Notes: a model not told the origin generated them from the sequence alone. Numbered from the whole stretch's first letter, positions 49,101-57,678 are shown. The stretch: 63,461 nt of DNA, filler included, from Candidatus Babelota bacterium (GCA_017999075.1; 8 parts of 8 records of this genome joined end to end with filler, not necessarily neighbours in it); one strand, 5' to 3'. Program-made: numbers and translations.

Positions 49101-49926
49101 AACCTGAATTAGGATTAATCCAAAAATAGTTGTTGACTGTATATGAAGTGTCGTTAATGCTGAAAAAATAAGCTAAGGTTTTAAGTTGAGAACTGTCTGA
49201 AACAGTTGAACCTATAATTATTCTGTTATCTCCGATATCAATTGATAATCCGAAATTATCTGAAATAACTGGTCCATTGATTTTCGGAGGTTCTAAATCT
49301 TTTATTTTAAATTTATTAATTAAAGACCAGTTTCCTGAACGAAGTGAATTTATTCCGCGAACCCTCCAATAATATTGGGAATTGTTTAATAGATTATAAG
49401 ATATTGAGTTAGAGGTTATATAGGAATCAGTTGATAAAATTCCAGTAAAATTTATGTCAGTGTCAATTTGAATTTGATAAGTTTCTGAATTTTCAGAAAT
49501 TGAATCGGCAGTCCATGAGAAATTTAATGTTATATATTGAGAAGTTTCAATATTGTTTGCCGGAGAAGTTAAAACTGGTATGGCCGGAGTGTTCGGAACG
49601 TTCTGCAGGCAAATGTAGAGGTTTACAAAAACCGTTTCTTTATTGTCTGTAACCGCGAGTGTTATTGTTTCTGCGCCGTAAGTGTCGGAAACAGGTGTCA
49701 AGTAAATTTGGTTGACACTGATGGAAGCGTTTACTATGTGTCCTGTTTCAGCGGCAATACTCCAGTACAGACTGTCAAACTGAACATCAGAATCCGAAGC
49801 GTAATTATTAAGATTAATGGAAATGACTCCTGTATTTTCAGAATCGTTTATAACAGGCAGAGTTTGTGAAATGTAAGGAGTATGGTTTGCCACTACTGTA
49901 AAATTATGCGATATCTGAGTTGTGTT
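43156..49926 (-). CDS. Giant surface protein (>2250 aa, 5'-truncated): cadherin/Ig/FN3-like repeats, two DxDxD/NG + HLS/HFS domains, T9SS type A-like C-terminal domain
   Basis: Open to the contig edge; repeated D.TPP..P and D.AGN.S Ig-like motifs; C-terminal ILFYPNP...GRLV...L..GGYYAKL. Confidence 0.85.
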   Translation of the reverse strand, partial: NTTQISHNFTVVANHTPYISQTLPVINDSENTGVISINLNNYASDSDVQFDSLYWSIAAETGHIVNASISVNQIYLTPVSDTYGAETITLAVTDNKETVFVNLYICLQNVPNTPAIPVLTSPANNIETSQYITLNFSWTADSISENSETYQIQIDTDINFTGILSTDSYITSNSISYNLLNNSQYYWRVRGINSLRSGNWSLINKFKIKDLEPPKINGPVISDNFGLSIDIGDNRIIIGSTVSDSSQLKTLAYFFSINDTSYTVNNYFWINPNSGYYSKTFTLNNTLNVGDTVYYKIYCEDIEFNNSEFTAHTTVSSIIIDSPVFSSSLKNAVKTSPVNLFGTKYPSSTVKINNSYNAISLSDTEWSISADLIQETNIISAVAYIGSTYSETSYFKILYDNIPPVLSDNIPETIHNIPFTITISGTDALSSVDTIQYKINSDNWKTGSTILINSDGNHIIQYLGYDSLGNISSIITASKSARFDSTPPLPVHVLDEGNISADTILEFSWNIPVDSNSISNFFVEIDSSTAFSTPFFSNWINKNELHFIISGDSGIIHGETYYCRIKSKDDAGNISVFGTPSDGIYVDTSIAASSKPEPPEIYNYPSYVNQSYITLTGQKTDTAVSVLINGSQADITLNNWSKLVLLQNGLNEIILYSKNIFGIKSDEITINIFMDNTSPSKPQATVISPTNIGYQIISGTKSTDAETVFINNNPAKILSPTSWTDTVYLTQYNNQINITASDTFNNFSDTVSYSIIYDTEPPSIPSVNYTSPFSGIEQNLSGTYDTTSVSILRVNGLPASLNMISGIWFCNIQLISEGNNIVNIIAYDEAGNTSVRTITIIRDTIGPVQPEIYSPHNNLSLYSSPVYVSGSVETGVFGVMINNNYETNLSSNTFSMPVNLTVGNNLITIYSIDELYNKSEPYSIIVNYNPAAFLVFSSQLDNNEILSSVPDSLYVYSNNGLDVSTIADTIIVLSQNGQKLNYTLRLNNDSTGFYIIPSTPFLIHNTYKLDVFGYLKNDSYKTLNQTKTWIFRTGTDDTVPVIYKFQTLDDEEKLYIDTTDTAVILKATVYDTHIGIDFIRFELGINNPNRDNYNFTFMNVGHTSTNFSKLFAVSLSDSDIIYSGIYVKDFAGNVSVLTETKQIGNVLVPVPILNSSIDTTVSYTPILLYGTKDPEVTVFVNSTQTISSDTDKWIFNLQLAPGTNNYSIFGKIVNSVSTTVSGSVIYDNTMPNVSDNAPHDARYESQIIVITGSDAESGIKNIYYSLNNSQFIKGDTVLINSEYKNILQYVSENNCEIWSDTVTKLIYIDRTKPENVKCYDEGIYSFDTTLVWSWDTPNDSSQIIHYYIEISDSTSFTNIITSETVNGSQNLILISNNNFLNGFTYYARVAATDIAGNISDTYNQTYWSDGIIIDTGLANEPAPPAPKIIIPSNNSETSSANIYLFGTKDTSAIIVSVNGLNAVIIDTFTWYKYINISSGANTIFVTAKNNAGKESISDSIIVYLDNIPPSKPVITTNYTITNIDTVIIQGNKDYGSFIEINGSNSNILMSSDTFSKTFIQQEGTSKYDVVSYDYLFNKSETSTIYITLDKTPPTVPTVIFSSPTKDTSQLISGSMELNSKISINGNTQSVMIFMNTWQYFASLNEGINTFSIQSSDVANNSSNTSFIIILDTIPPEKPVISIPYNNYKTASSSITVSGTKPVNSYVYINGVSAQNNNFTDTFWSTEYNMLVGANLISAVAKDELGNVSQSDQIIVSFDANLFLAETPFLEDKNFVVPFSKLDIILNKLLDTSTLNSDNIYFISENGAKINPDSITYSQSTFTVSFYYTVQPSKSYQFIISKNLMDISGVKLNQSRVYQFTTLIDNSKSSITEFGDNLQIITQANSLPENSYFNIQELPANHPEVIIGDNSVNFSGYIKDLGIHRKIYDIKCLTSNGDSITSFDSAITIKIMYPDADNNGIIDNTDISELLLEIYYFDTMLNKWIKQPSSYVDKTNNYITTLSTHLSIFTLFGGKLDSDTVVLFRDAQNNPKLQLFIPNINNIYVSASELNPNDNAKIITADDKLLKSSGFIKSLGSARPIYQLTAQNSSDQIVNNFVMPVTIYFNWSDADNDGIIDNTDIKEKYISIYCLDENTTEWIKLSTEINEITNSVSTTTQHFSIYSLFGSNFNDGNILFYPNPTINKKINLMITPQSGNSLHFTIINPFGRLVYENTFSITPGTVNQFFDIDLSALPVGGYYAKLEFGGISKILGIGIGK
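44345..49300 (-). repeat. Ancient internal tandem duplication of about 2.48 kb (about 825 aa) within the giant protein; boundaries approximate
   Basis: Collinear pairs such as LFGTKYP/LYGTKDP, LSDNIP/VSDNAP, VLDEG..DT.LEFSW..P.DS/YDEG..DT.LVWSW..P.DS, KDDAGNIS/TDIAGNIS, SDGIYVDT/SDGIIIDT, DELYN/DELGN. Confidence 0.75.
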
Positions 49927-49928
49927 TC

Positions 49929-50028
49929 NNNNNNNNNNNNNNNNNNNNNNNNNNNNNNNNNNNNNNNNNNNNTTAATTAATTAANNNNNNNNNNNNNNNN
50001 NNNNNNNNNNNNNNNNNNNNNNNNNNNN
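49929..50028. other. Artificial contig linker
   Basis: N44-TTAATTAATTAA-N44. Confidence 0.98.
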
Positions 50029-50030
50029 GG

Positions 50031-50342
50031 AATACGCATTTGTTGTATTTGTATGATTTAATCGATATTATAAAAAATTGTTTGAAAAATTCGAAGTCAA
50101 ATGGAAATATATTTATTGTTTCAGATGATGAATGCAATACGTTTGAAAAAAATATATTGAATGAAGTTATAATTTTTTTTAATCAGAAAAAAAAAATATT
50201 GCCTCACCCATTGTTTTGGAAAAATAAAGATAACAGAAATTTCAGTTCTTCAAAATTAAAAAATATGCTGGGAGTTAAATTCAGATTCGGCGTATATGCC
50301 GGATTAAAAAAATATTTAGCAGATTGTATTTGCTTAAAATAA
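50031..50342 (+). CDS. NAD-dependent epimerase/dehydratase, C-terminal fragment
   Basis: LLYLYDL...GNIFIVSDD...FSSSKLK..LG...GLK pattern; open from the contig edge. Confidence 0.55.
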   Translation, partial: NTHLLYLYDLIDIIKNCLKNSKSNGNIFIVSDDECNTFEKNILNEVIIFFNQKKKILPHPLFWKNKDNRNFSSSKLKNMLGVKFRFGVYAGLKKYLADCICLK

Positions 50343-50360
50343 TCAAAGAATTGCGGAACA

Positions 50361-51653
50361 ATGCAGAAAATTTTAATTATAATTCCTATTTCAATTTATG
50401 ACGGTGAAATTAGTTTAGGGCCGTTATACGTATCTGCTGAACTTAAAAAAACTGGATTTAACACTTGTGTATATTTTCTGAATTTAAAGAGAATAATAGG
50501 TTTTCCTATAATAAAATATGCATGGCTGTATTACCAAATTAATAAAGTATGTAAATCATTCAGACCTGATATTGTTATGTTTTCGGTATTAACAACTAAT
50601 AATAAAATAGCTGAAAAAATTGCCGGATATATTAAAAAAAAATATGGAACTCATATAATTTTCGGAGGAATACATTCTGTTGTATGCTGGCACGAGCTTA
50701 TTAAAAAAAAATATGTTGATGCAGTATGCAATGGAGAAGGAGAATTTTCTTCGGTTGAATATATAAAATTATTAAAAAACGGGTTGCTGACTGAAAAAAA
50801 TAATCTTAATATCGCGTATAAAATTAATGGGAATATAATTGCTCCGTCAGACAATCTTAGTTTTAAGGATATTAATGAATATCCTGAACCTGATAGAGAT
50901 TGCCTTGAGAAATATTATTCATCACGGATTTTAACAACTGCTAATTTTATTACAGGAAGAGGATGTCCGTATAATTGTTATTATTGCAATGCGGCTTTGC
51001 TTCATTCTAAAAAAGGATATTTAAGGTTTCGCAATCCTGAATCAGTTATAGATGAAATTTTAAAAATTAAACAAAAATATAATATAAAAAAAGTGATATT
51101 TTCCGATGAAACGTTTACTTTGAATTCAAACCATTTTTTTATATTGATGAATTTATACCAAGAAAAAATCGGGTTGCCGTTTGTGTGCCAGTCAAGACCT
51201 GAAAAAATTAATGATGAAATAGCAGAAAAATTAAAAGAATCAGGATGTGAGGCAATTACATTAGGAGTTGAATCTGGAAATGAAAAAATAAGGTTTGAGT
51301 ATCTTAACCGTAAAATAACTAATGAACAAATAATTTCTGCGTTTCAAATTTTAAAAAAATATGGAATAACAGCGCAGTCGTTTAATATGATTGGCCTTCC
51401 TGAAGAAAATGAAGAAAATGTATGGGAAACTATAAACTTAAATCGAATAGCCGGGGTAGATATACCTATGTGTACGATTTTTATGCCTTTCAAAGGCACG
51501 CACATATATGATTGGTATAAAAATAACGGATATATAATTAAAGATCCTGATATAGATTATTATAAAAGTATCACTATAAAACATCCTCATCTTAATAAAA
51601 AAAAATTAATATACTATTCTGAAAATTTTAAAGAGTTGGTTTTAGGTAAATGA
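50361..51653 (+). CDS. B12-binding radical SAM protein
   Basis: FGGIH, GEGE, TGRGCPYNCYYC, DETF, GVESG, MIGLP.E. Confidence 0.88.
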   Translation: MQKILIIIPISIYDGEISLGPLYVSAELKKTGFNTCVYFLNLKRIIGFPIIKYAWLYYQINKVCKSFRPDIVMFSVLTTNNKIAEKIAGYIKKKYGTHIIFGGIHSVVCWHELIKKKYVDAVCNGEGEFSSVEYIKLLKNGLLTEKNNLNIAYKINGNIIAPSDNLSFKDINEYPEPDRDCLEKYYSSRILTTANFITGRGCPYNCYYCNAALLHSKKGYLRFRNPESVIDEILKIKQKYNIKKVIFSDETFTLNSNHFFILMNLYQEKIGLPFVCQSRPEKINDEIAEKLKESGCEAITLGVESGNEKIRFEYLNRKITNEQIISAFQILKKYGITAQSFNMIGLPEENEENVWETINLNRIAGVDIPMCTIFMPFKGTHIYDWYKNNGYIIKDPDIDYYKSITIKHPHLNKKKLIYYSENFKELVLGK

Positions 51654-52786
51654 AGATAATATTCTTAGCCATAAGTTCATTGTCAGGAATTTATGATTAT
51701 AGATTTTTAAAAAAATTAAATGAAAAAAATTATAAGGTTAAATGTGTTATTTTTTCTAAAGAAAAAGTAATTATAGAAAAAAAATATAAAGACTTAACGA
51801 ATATTGAATATATCAATTATCTTCCGTGTTTAAAAATATATAACATTCTCGGCCCATTGAATTTGTTATATAAGATAGTTCAGTTGCGGAAATTGATTAA
51901 ACAATTCAAACCTGATATTTTGCATTGCAGTTATGTGAGCAAGGAAGGATGGCTTGGAGCATTGTCAGGATTTCATCCATTTGTATTGATGCCTGTAGGA
52001 ACAGATATATTGATTGATCCATTTAACTCTTTTAAAACATTTTTAAAAAACAGGTTTTCTATTAGACGCGCGGATTTTATTACTTGTGACAGTAAATATC
52101 AAAAAGAGTTTGCTGTTAAAGTGGGGAATATTATACCCGAAAAAGTCATTACTTTTCCGTGGGGGATAGAACTTGAAATATTTTATCCAAGACGAAACAA
52201 TCAGCTTCGCGATAAATTGGGCTGGAGCAATAAAACTGTAATAATAAGAAATCGGAATTTGTTTGATGTTTACGGCAAGGATTTATATGGACATAAAGAT
52301 TTCATTGAAGCATTTAGAATTGCTTATAAAAAAAATAATAATTTGAGAGTTCTTCTAATAGGTAATGGAAATATGAAAAATTACGTTGTTGAAGAATTAT
52401 CAAAAATTGATAGAGAATGTTTTTACTGGTTTGATTTATGTAATCCTGAAACTATGGCAGAATATTTAAATGCTGCTGATATTTATGTGAATACATCATA
52501 TTCTGACGGAGCGTCGTGTTCAATGCTTGAAGCAATGGCTTGCGGTATTCCTGTGATAACAACCGATATTTTTGTTAATTACGAATGGATTAAAGATTAT
52601 ATAAACGGTTTTATAACAGAAAAAGGAAATATAGGAATTCTTTCTGAAAAAATATTATATTTAAGTGAAAATAAAGAATTATCTTTGAAAATGGGGCGAA
52701 ATAATAGGGATTTAGCTGAACAGAAAGCTGATTGGAATAAAAATTTCCAGGTATTGGAAGAAATATATAAAAAATTAAAAGGATAA
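51650..52786 (+). CDS. Glycosyltransferase family 4 (GT-B)
   Basis: KPDILH, GTDI, WGIE, ADIYV..S.SDG...SMLEAMACG.PVITTD. Confidence 0.88.
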   Translation: MKIIFLAISSLSGIYDYRFLKKLNEKNYKVKCVIFSKEKVIIEKKYKDLTNIEYINYLPCLKIYNILGPLNLLYKIVQLRKLIKQFKPDILHCSYVSKEGWLGALSGFHPFVLMPVGTDILIDPFNSFKTFLKNRFSIRRADFITCDSKYQKEFAVKVGNIIPEKVITFPWGIELEIFYPRRNNQLRDKLGWSNKTVIIRNRNLFDVYGKDLYGHKDFIEAFRIAYKKNNNLRVLLIGNGNMKNYVVEELSKIDRECFYWFDLCNPETMAEYLNAADIYVNTSYSDGASCSMLEAMACGIPVITTDIFVNYEWIKDYINGFITEKGNIGILSEKILYLSENKELSLKMGRNNRDLAEQKADWNKNFQVLEEIYKKLKG

Positions 52787-52793
52787 TGCAGTT

Positions 52794-53314
52794 ATGAAAA
52801 TTTTAAATGTTGTCGGAGCGCGGCCTAATTTTATGAAAATAGCGCCGCTGCAGAGAGAAATGGATAAATTCAAAAATCAGATTTTTTATAAACTTGTTCA
52901 TACAGGACAGCATTATGACAGAAATATGTCGGATAATTTTTTTAAAGATCTTGAAATCCGGAAACCTGATTATTTTTTGGCTGTAGGTTCAGGAAGTCAT
53001 GCAGAACAAACAGCCAAGATTATGGTTGAGTTTGAAAAAGTTGTTCTTAAAGAAAAACCCGATGTTGTTATAGTTGCCGGAGACGTGAATTCAACAATTG
53101 CATGTGCGCTCGTAGCTGTTAAACTGCATATTAAAGTTGCGCATATTGAGGCTGGCTGCAGAAGTTTTGACAGAACTATGCCTGAAGGAATTAATAGAAT
53201 TTTAACTGATGCAATTTCAGATTATCTGTTTGCACTTGATTATGATTCTTTAAAAAACTTAAAAAAAGAAGGAGTAGAAAAAAATAAAATTTTTTTAGTC
53301 GGAGATATTATGAT
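52794..53314 (+). CDS. wecB: UDP-N-acetylglucosamine 2-epimerase (non-hydrolysing), 3'-truncated
   Basis: VGARPNFMK, HTGQHYD, GDVNST, HIEAG.RSFD. Confidence 0.92.
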
Positions 53315-53414
53315 NNNNNNNNNNNNNNNNNNNNNNNNNNNNNNNNNNNNNNNNNNNNTTAATTAATTAANNNNNNNNNNNNNNNNNNNNNNNNNNNNNN
53401 NNNNNNNNNNNNNN
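53315..53414. other. Artificial contig linker
   Basis: N44-TTAATTAATTAA-N44. Confidence 0.98.
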
Positions 53415-53415
53415 T

Positions 53416-55185
53416 ACTATAAGTTTATTGATTGAACAATTTAACAGAAATAATACCGGTTATGGTGTGAAAAAAAGAATAGCGCAGATATTGAGCAGAA
53501 TGAAAAAAGAAGAGTCAGTTAAGAATTTTTTTATTTCAAAACTTGATTATCCTGAAGATTCGATACGGAATATAATTTATAAATTTTTGAATAATGTTGA
53601 TTTTAAGTCTCCGCCTGGAAAAATAAATGAAATTTTAAATATTATTGACGGTGAGATAAAATCAATAGTTTTTAATATTGCTGCATTGGAAGATATTAAA
53701 AATGACAGTGAATATAAAGTTTTAACACGGGCCATTGAATATGATGTTTTTAGTAAAACAGAAAAAATATTTTTTTTATTGAGTTTTATTTATCAGCGAG
53801 AATTGATAACAAGCGCTAAAACCAATTTTATGTCTGAATCACGAGAAAAAAAAATATACGCGTTGGAAATAATCGACAATATACTTTCAAATGATCTTAA
53901 AAATAAATTTTTCCCTGTTATTGACGAACTTTCAAATGATCAGAGATTGAAAAAAATGACTGTTTTCTATCCTGTTGAGCAATTACCGAAAATTGAAAAA
54001 TTAAAAAAAATAATAACAGGCAATAAGGATACTTATTCATTTTGGACCAGAACATGTGCTGTATATATTGCTGGAAAATTTGCTCTGAAAGATTTTTATC
54101 AACCGGTTATAGATGCTTTGAATGATGACAGCAGTATAGTTCGGGAAACTGCAGTATGGGCTTTTGGAAGATTAAATCCTTCGGATTTGATTGAACGGCT
54201 CCAGATGCTGTTAAAAGATGAATCTGCTATTGTATCAGATATAGCCGGTTATGTTATTGAAACTGTAGGATTGGCTCAGCTGAAAATTAAAAAACAGTAT
54301 CTGACTAAAACAGGAGAATGTGAAACAGGTTTGTTTGTAACTATTGTTGAAAATGAAAATGAATCAAGAGCGCGCAGATGCAGAGCTGCTCGTCAGCTTG
54401 CAAACATTGAATCTGATGAATCTAAAAAATCTTTGTTTAAAATGCTTGCAGTTGAGGATGAAACTATTTTGTCTGAAGTTTTAAAATCACTCGTTTTTTC
54501 AGGATTTGAAATTAATTCTGAAGCAAAAAAACAACTTTTAAAACTTGTAAATTCAGAATTTGAAGATATTGAAAATACTTTGCGGCTGATTGCTGTTTTT
54601 AAAGGAAAAGATGAATATAACGAACTGTATTCCGCGTTAAAAATTGAAATATTGAGAAATTGCGAACGAATTATATCTATTATCTCACTTTTAAACGGAA
54701 AAAATAATTATAAGGATTTATATTTCTGGTTTATAGAAAATAGATTGATAAATTATAACATTCCGGATAAAATGCTGAATCTTCTGAAAAAGTATCTTGA
54801 GTTTGTTTCTGATGAAAATGTTAAAAATACAATTTATTGTTTGCTGACAACATATAGTTTTTCAAAATTATTTGAAAAACTGAATGTAACGTCTGATTTA
54901 ATAAAAGAACCTTTGAAAAAATCTTTGGAACTGATTGCGTTTGGTTCTGAGAAATGGCTTCGCAGCTGGACCAGAGCTGTAGCAATCAGGATTGTTGGAA
55001 ATCTTGAATTTAAAGAATATGTACCTAAAATCGTTGTTCTTATGAAAGATCCTGATTTTATTATTAGAGAAACTGCTGTTATGGTTTTGCATAAACTTGA
55101 TAAACCTGTATATGAAAACTACAAACATGATTTGAAAAATGATTTAAATCCTAATATAAGAAAAATTATAAGAGAATTAGAATAA
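53416..55185 (+). CDS. HEAT-repeat protein, 5'-truncated
   Basis: Repeats L.D...IVRETA.WA, W.R..A...G, YALEIIDN; two related halves. Confidence 0.8.
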   Translation, partial: TISLLIEQFNRNNTGYGVKKRIAQILSRMKKEESVKNFFISKLDYPEDSIRNIIYKFLNNVDFKSPPGKINEILNIIDGEIKSIVFNIAALEDIKNDSEYKVLTRAIEYDVFSKTEKIFFLLSFIYQRELITSAKTNFMSESREKKIYALEIIDNILSNDLKNKFFPVIDELSNDQRLKKMTVFYPVEQLPKIEKLKKIITGNKDTYSFWTRTCAVYIAGKFALKDFYQPVIDALNDDSSIVRETAVWAFGRLNPSDLIERLQMLLKDESAIVSDIAGYVIETVGLAQLKIKKQYLTKTGECETGLFVTIVENENESRARRCRAARQLANIESDESKKSLFKMLAVEDETILSEVLKSLVFSGFEINSEAKKQLLKLVNSEFEDIENTLRLIAVFKGKDEYNELYSALKIEILRNCERIISIISLLNGKNNYKDLYFWFIENRLINYNIPDKMLNLLKKYLEFVSDENVKNTIYCLLTTYSFSKLFEKLNVTSDLIKEPLKKSLELIAFGSEKWLRSWTRAVAIRIVGNLEFKEYVPKIVVLMKDPDFIIRETAVMVLHKLDKPVYENYKHDLKNDLNPNIRKIIRELE

Positions 55186-55226
55186 ATTATATGAATTATA
55201 TATAATTTGATATTTGGGGGAATATA

Positions 55227-55640
55227 ATGCTATTAACAATTGAAAAAGTATTGATACTTAAATCAGTGGATATTTTTACTAATATTCCTGAAGAATGTTT
55301 GGTGGAATTGGCAACTGTTATAAATGAAGTTGATATAAAATCAGGCGAAATAATTTTTCAGAAAGGAGACATAGGCAAATCTATGTACATTATAATTGAA
55401 GGAGAAGTTAAAGTTCATGATGGAGACAGAATATTTGCTACTTTGAGTGAAAGAAGCGTTTTTGGAGAACTTGCCGCATTAGATCCTGAACCGCGTTCTG
55501 CTACTATTACCGCAACAAAAGATACTTTTCTTTTTAAACTTGAACAGGAAGCTTTATATGAACTTATGTCTGAATATATAGAAGTTGCAAGGGGTATTAT
55601 AAAAGTTCTCTGCAACAGATTAAGAAAATCTCAAAAATAA
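55227..55640 (+). CDS. Stand-alone cyclic nucleotide-binding domain protein
   Basis: MLLTIEKVLILKSV.IF, IF.KGD.G..MYII..G.V, FGELAALDPEPRSAT; no HTH domain. Confidence 0.9.
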   Translation: MLLTIEKVLILKSVDIFTNIPEECLVELATVINEVDIKSGEIIFQKGDIGKSMYIIIEGEVKVHDGDRIFATLSERSVFGELAALDPEPRSATITATKDTFLFKLEQEALYELMSEYIEVARGIIKVLCNRLRKSQK

Positions 55641-55726
55641 GATAATATTTTCAAAAAATTGTTTTCAAAATTTTGAAACATTTCCGATAATCCGTAATGC
55701 TGTAAATCGGATATGTTTTCTTGAGT

Positions 55727-56698
55727 TTATAAATTTTTATTTTTTCCTGAAGAAATTGTTTTATCGAATATTTCTGAAATGCTGTCCATCCGCTGAGCTA
55801 TTATTAAATAATTGTAGGCAAATATTGACGGGAAAAAATTCGAAAAATAATAATGAATTTTTTCTAATAATCTGAAAAATTTATTTTTGCTTATCAGATC
55901 AGTTATCGGCGGACCGAACCCCTTTATTTTTATTACTCTGAACCCTTGCTGATTAAGAAGTTTTTTAAAACCGTTTATTGTAAACAACCGCTTGTGTGTC
56001 AAATCAAGTATTCCGCGTTTACTGTAATTGAATTGACCTGAAAGCAATGATATTCTCATAGGAAAATAGGATATGTTGGCAGTACTGATAAATAAAGTCC
56101 CTTTTTGTTTTAGCAAATTAAATATTTCGTTTAAAAAATTTTCGGGCGAATCAAGATGTTCGATTATATCAAGTGAAAAACAAACGTCAAAATTCCCTGA
56201 GTTCTCGATTTTTTGAGAAAAGTTATTATTTAAATTTAATGCATAACAGATTGATTTTCCTGCGTTTTTTGGAGAAATATTGTCAACTGCGTAGTGTTTT
56301 TCAGATAATTCTGCAAAACAGGAGCTTATCAATCCTTTATTTGCGCCCAACTCTATAGAAATAGTTTGAGCATTAAGTCCGGAATTGTTTAAAATAAACT
56401 GATGTAGAGAGTATTTGCTTTTTTTCATATAATAATTGTCATTTTCAAAAACTCCGAAATCAAAATTTTTCTGATAGTATAATCCGATATTTACAAGATG
56501 ATATTGAATTACGGCTCTAATGCAGTTTAACGCATATTTAATACCGTTGACATGACATTTTTCGTCTCCATAAAAAGTAGGAATGGAAGCTTCTTCAATG
56601 ATAGAATTTGTTTTTGCCGCCTGGATTATTATTTCAGTATCAAAATGAAATCCGTCAGAATTATAAATAAAAGGAACTTTTGATAGTAATGATATGCT
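55727..56698 (-). CDS. Bifunctional GT2 glycosyltransferase / class I methyltransferase, 5'-truncated
   Basis: The upstream frame is open to the contig edge (VPFIYNSDGFHFDTEIIIQ...IPTFYGDE.CHVNG..YA); downstream ELGANKG, DIIEHL, GILD.TH.RLFT. Confidence 0.8.
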   Translation of the reverse strand, partial: SISLLSKVPFIYNSDGFHFDTEIIIQAAKTNSIIEEASIPTFYGDEKCHVNGIKYALNCIRAVIQYHLVNIGLYYQKNFDFGVFENDNYYMKKSKYSLHQFILNNSGLNAQTISIELGANKGLISSCFAELSEKHYAVDNISPKNAGKSICYALNLNNNFSQKIENSGNFDVCFSLDIIEHLDSPENFLNEIFNLLKQKGTLFISTANISYFPMRISLLSGQFNYSKRGILDLTHKRLFTINGFKKLLNQQGFRVIKIKGFGPPITDLISKNKFFRLLEKIHYYFSNFFPSIFAYNYLIIAQRMDSISEIFDKTISSGKNKNL

Positions 56699-56699
56699 G

Positions 56700-56799
56700 N
56701 NNNNNNNNNNNNNNNNNNNNNNNNNNNNNNNNNNNNNNNNNNNTTAATTAATTAANNNNNNNNNNNNNNNNNNNNNNNNNNNNNNNNNNNNNNNNNNNN
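56700..56799. other. Artificial contig linker
   Basis: N44-TTAATTAATTAA-N44. Confidence 0.98.
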
Positions 56800-56806
56800 T
56801 TTTAAA

Positions 56807-57667
56807 ATGAAAAAATTGATTGTAAACGCCGATGACTTCGGACTTCTTAATTGTGTTAATTCCGGAATAACTGAAGCATATAATAAAGGAATTTTGACAA
56901 GCTCTACAATGATGCTGAATATGCCGGGTTCCGCTGATGCTATTGAATTGGCTAAAAAATATTCTATTCCGACTGGAATTCATTTGAATCTTAATGCAGG
57001 AAAACCATTAGTGTCATATGAACTTTCGGATCCGCTGACAGGAGAATTTTACAAGGATGTTTATGTTTTAATAGATAAAATTAAAACAGGTGTTTTTAGT
57101 GAAAATAGCATCGAAAAAGAACTTTATGCTCAGTTAGCCTTGATGAAAGACAGCGGATTGAATATAACTCATATTGATTCACATAAACATTCTCATCAAT
57201 TTTTGCCTTTGTTCAAAATAATCGAAAAACTTGCGGAAAAATTCGGTATTAAAAAAATCAGGATGTCGGCGGATGTTAACTTTTATTGTGATATAAATGC
57301 CGAAACAAATTTTAATTCTAAAGATTTTTCGTATCAGCTGTACATTCAGTATAATTTGAATAATGGAAATTATAGATCTTTGTGGTATGAAGAATATTTT
57401 TTATTTGCAGGATTTTTTTTCGCTGGTAAAATTGACAAAGATAATTTTACCAAAATTTTTTTAAAACTGCCTGATACTGATAAACCAATAGAAATTATGT
57501 TTCATCCTGCGTACAACTCCACTGATTTAGAAAAAATTTCTTCGTTGACATATCATCGTGAAACTGAGTTGAAAACCTTGATTTCAGATGAAATATTTGA
57601 TATTATAAAAAAAAATAATGTTAATTTATGCGATTTTCAGCTCATTAATAAAAAATTGGAAAGGTAA
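56807..57667 (+). CDS. ChbG/YdjC/HpnK family carbohydrate deacetylase
   Basis: LIVNADDFG, GIHLNL, HIDSHKHSH, EIMFHP, R..EL..L. Confidence 0.9.
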   Translation: MKKLIVNADDFGLLNCVNSGITEAYNKGILTSSTMMLNMPGSADAIELAKKYSIPTGIHLNLNAGKPLVSYELSDPLTGEFYKDVYVLIDKIKTGVFSENSIEKELYAQLALMKDSGLNITHIDSHKHSHQFLPLFKIIEKLAEKFGIKKIRMSADVNFYCDINAETNFNSKDFSYQLYIQYNLNNGNYRSLWYEEYFLFAGFFFAGKIDKDNFTKIFLKLPDTDKPIEIMFHPAYNSTDLEKISSLTYHRETELKTLISDEIFDIIKKNNVNLCDFQLINKKLER

Positions 57668-57678
57668 TTGGTTTTGTT

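Noticed and set aside
55660-55715. Palindrome TGTTTTCAAAATTTTGAAACA and a nearby weak hairpin
   Set aside because: It lies between convergent genes and is most simply a bidirectional terminator-like element, too AT-rich to call confidently.
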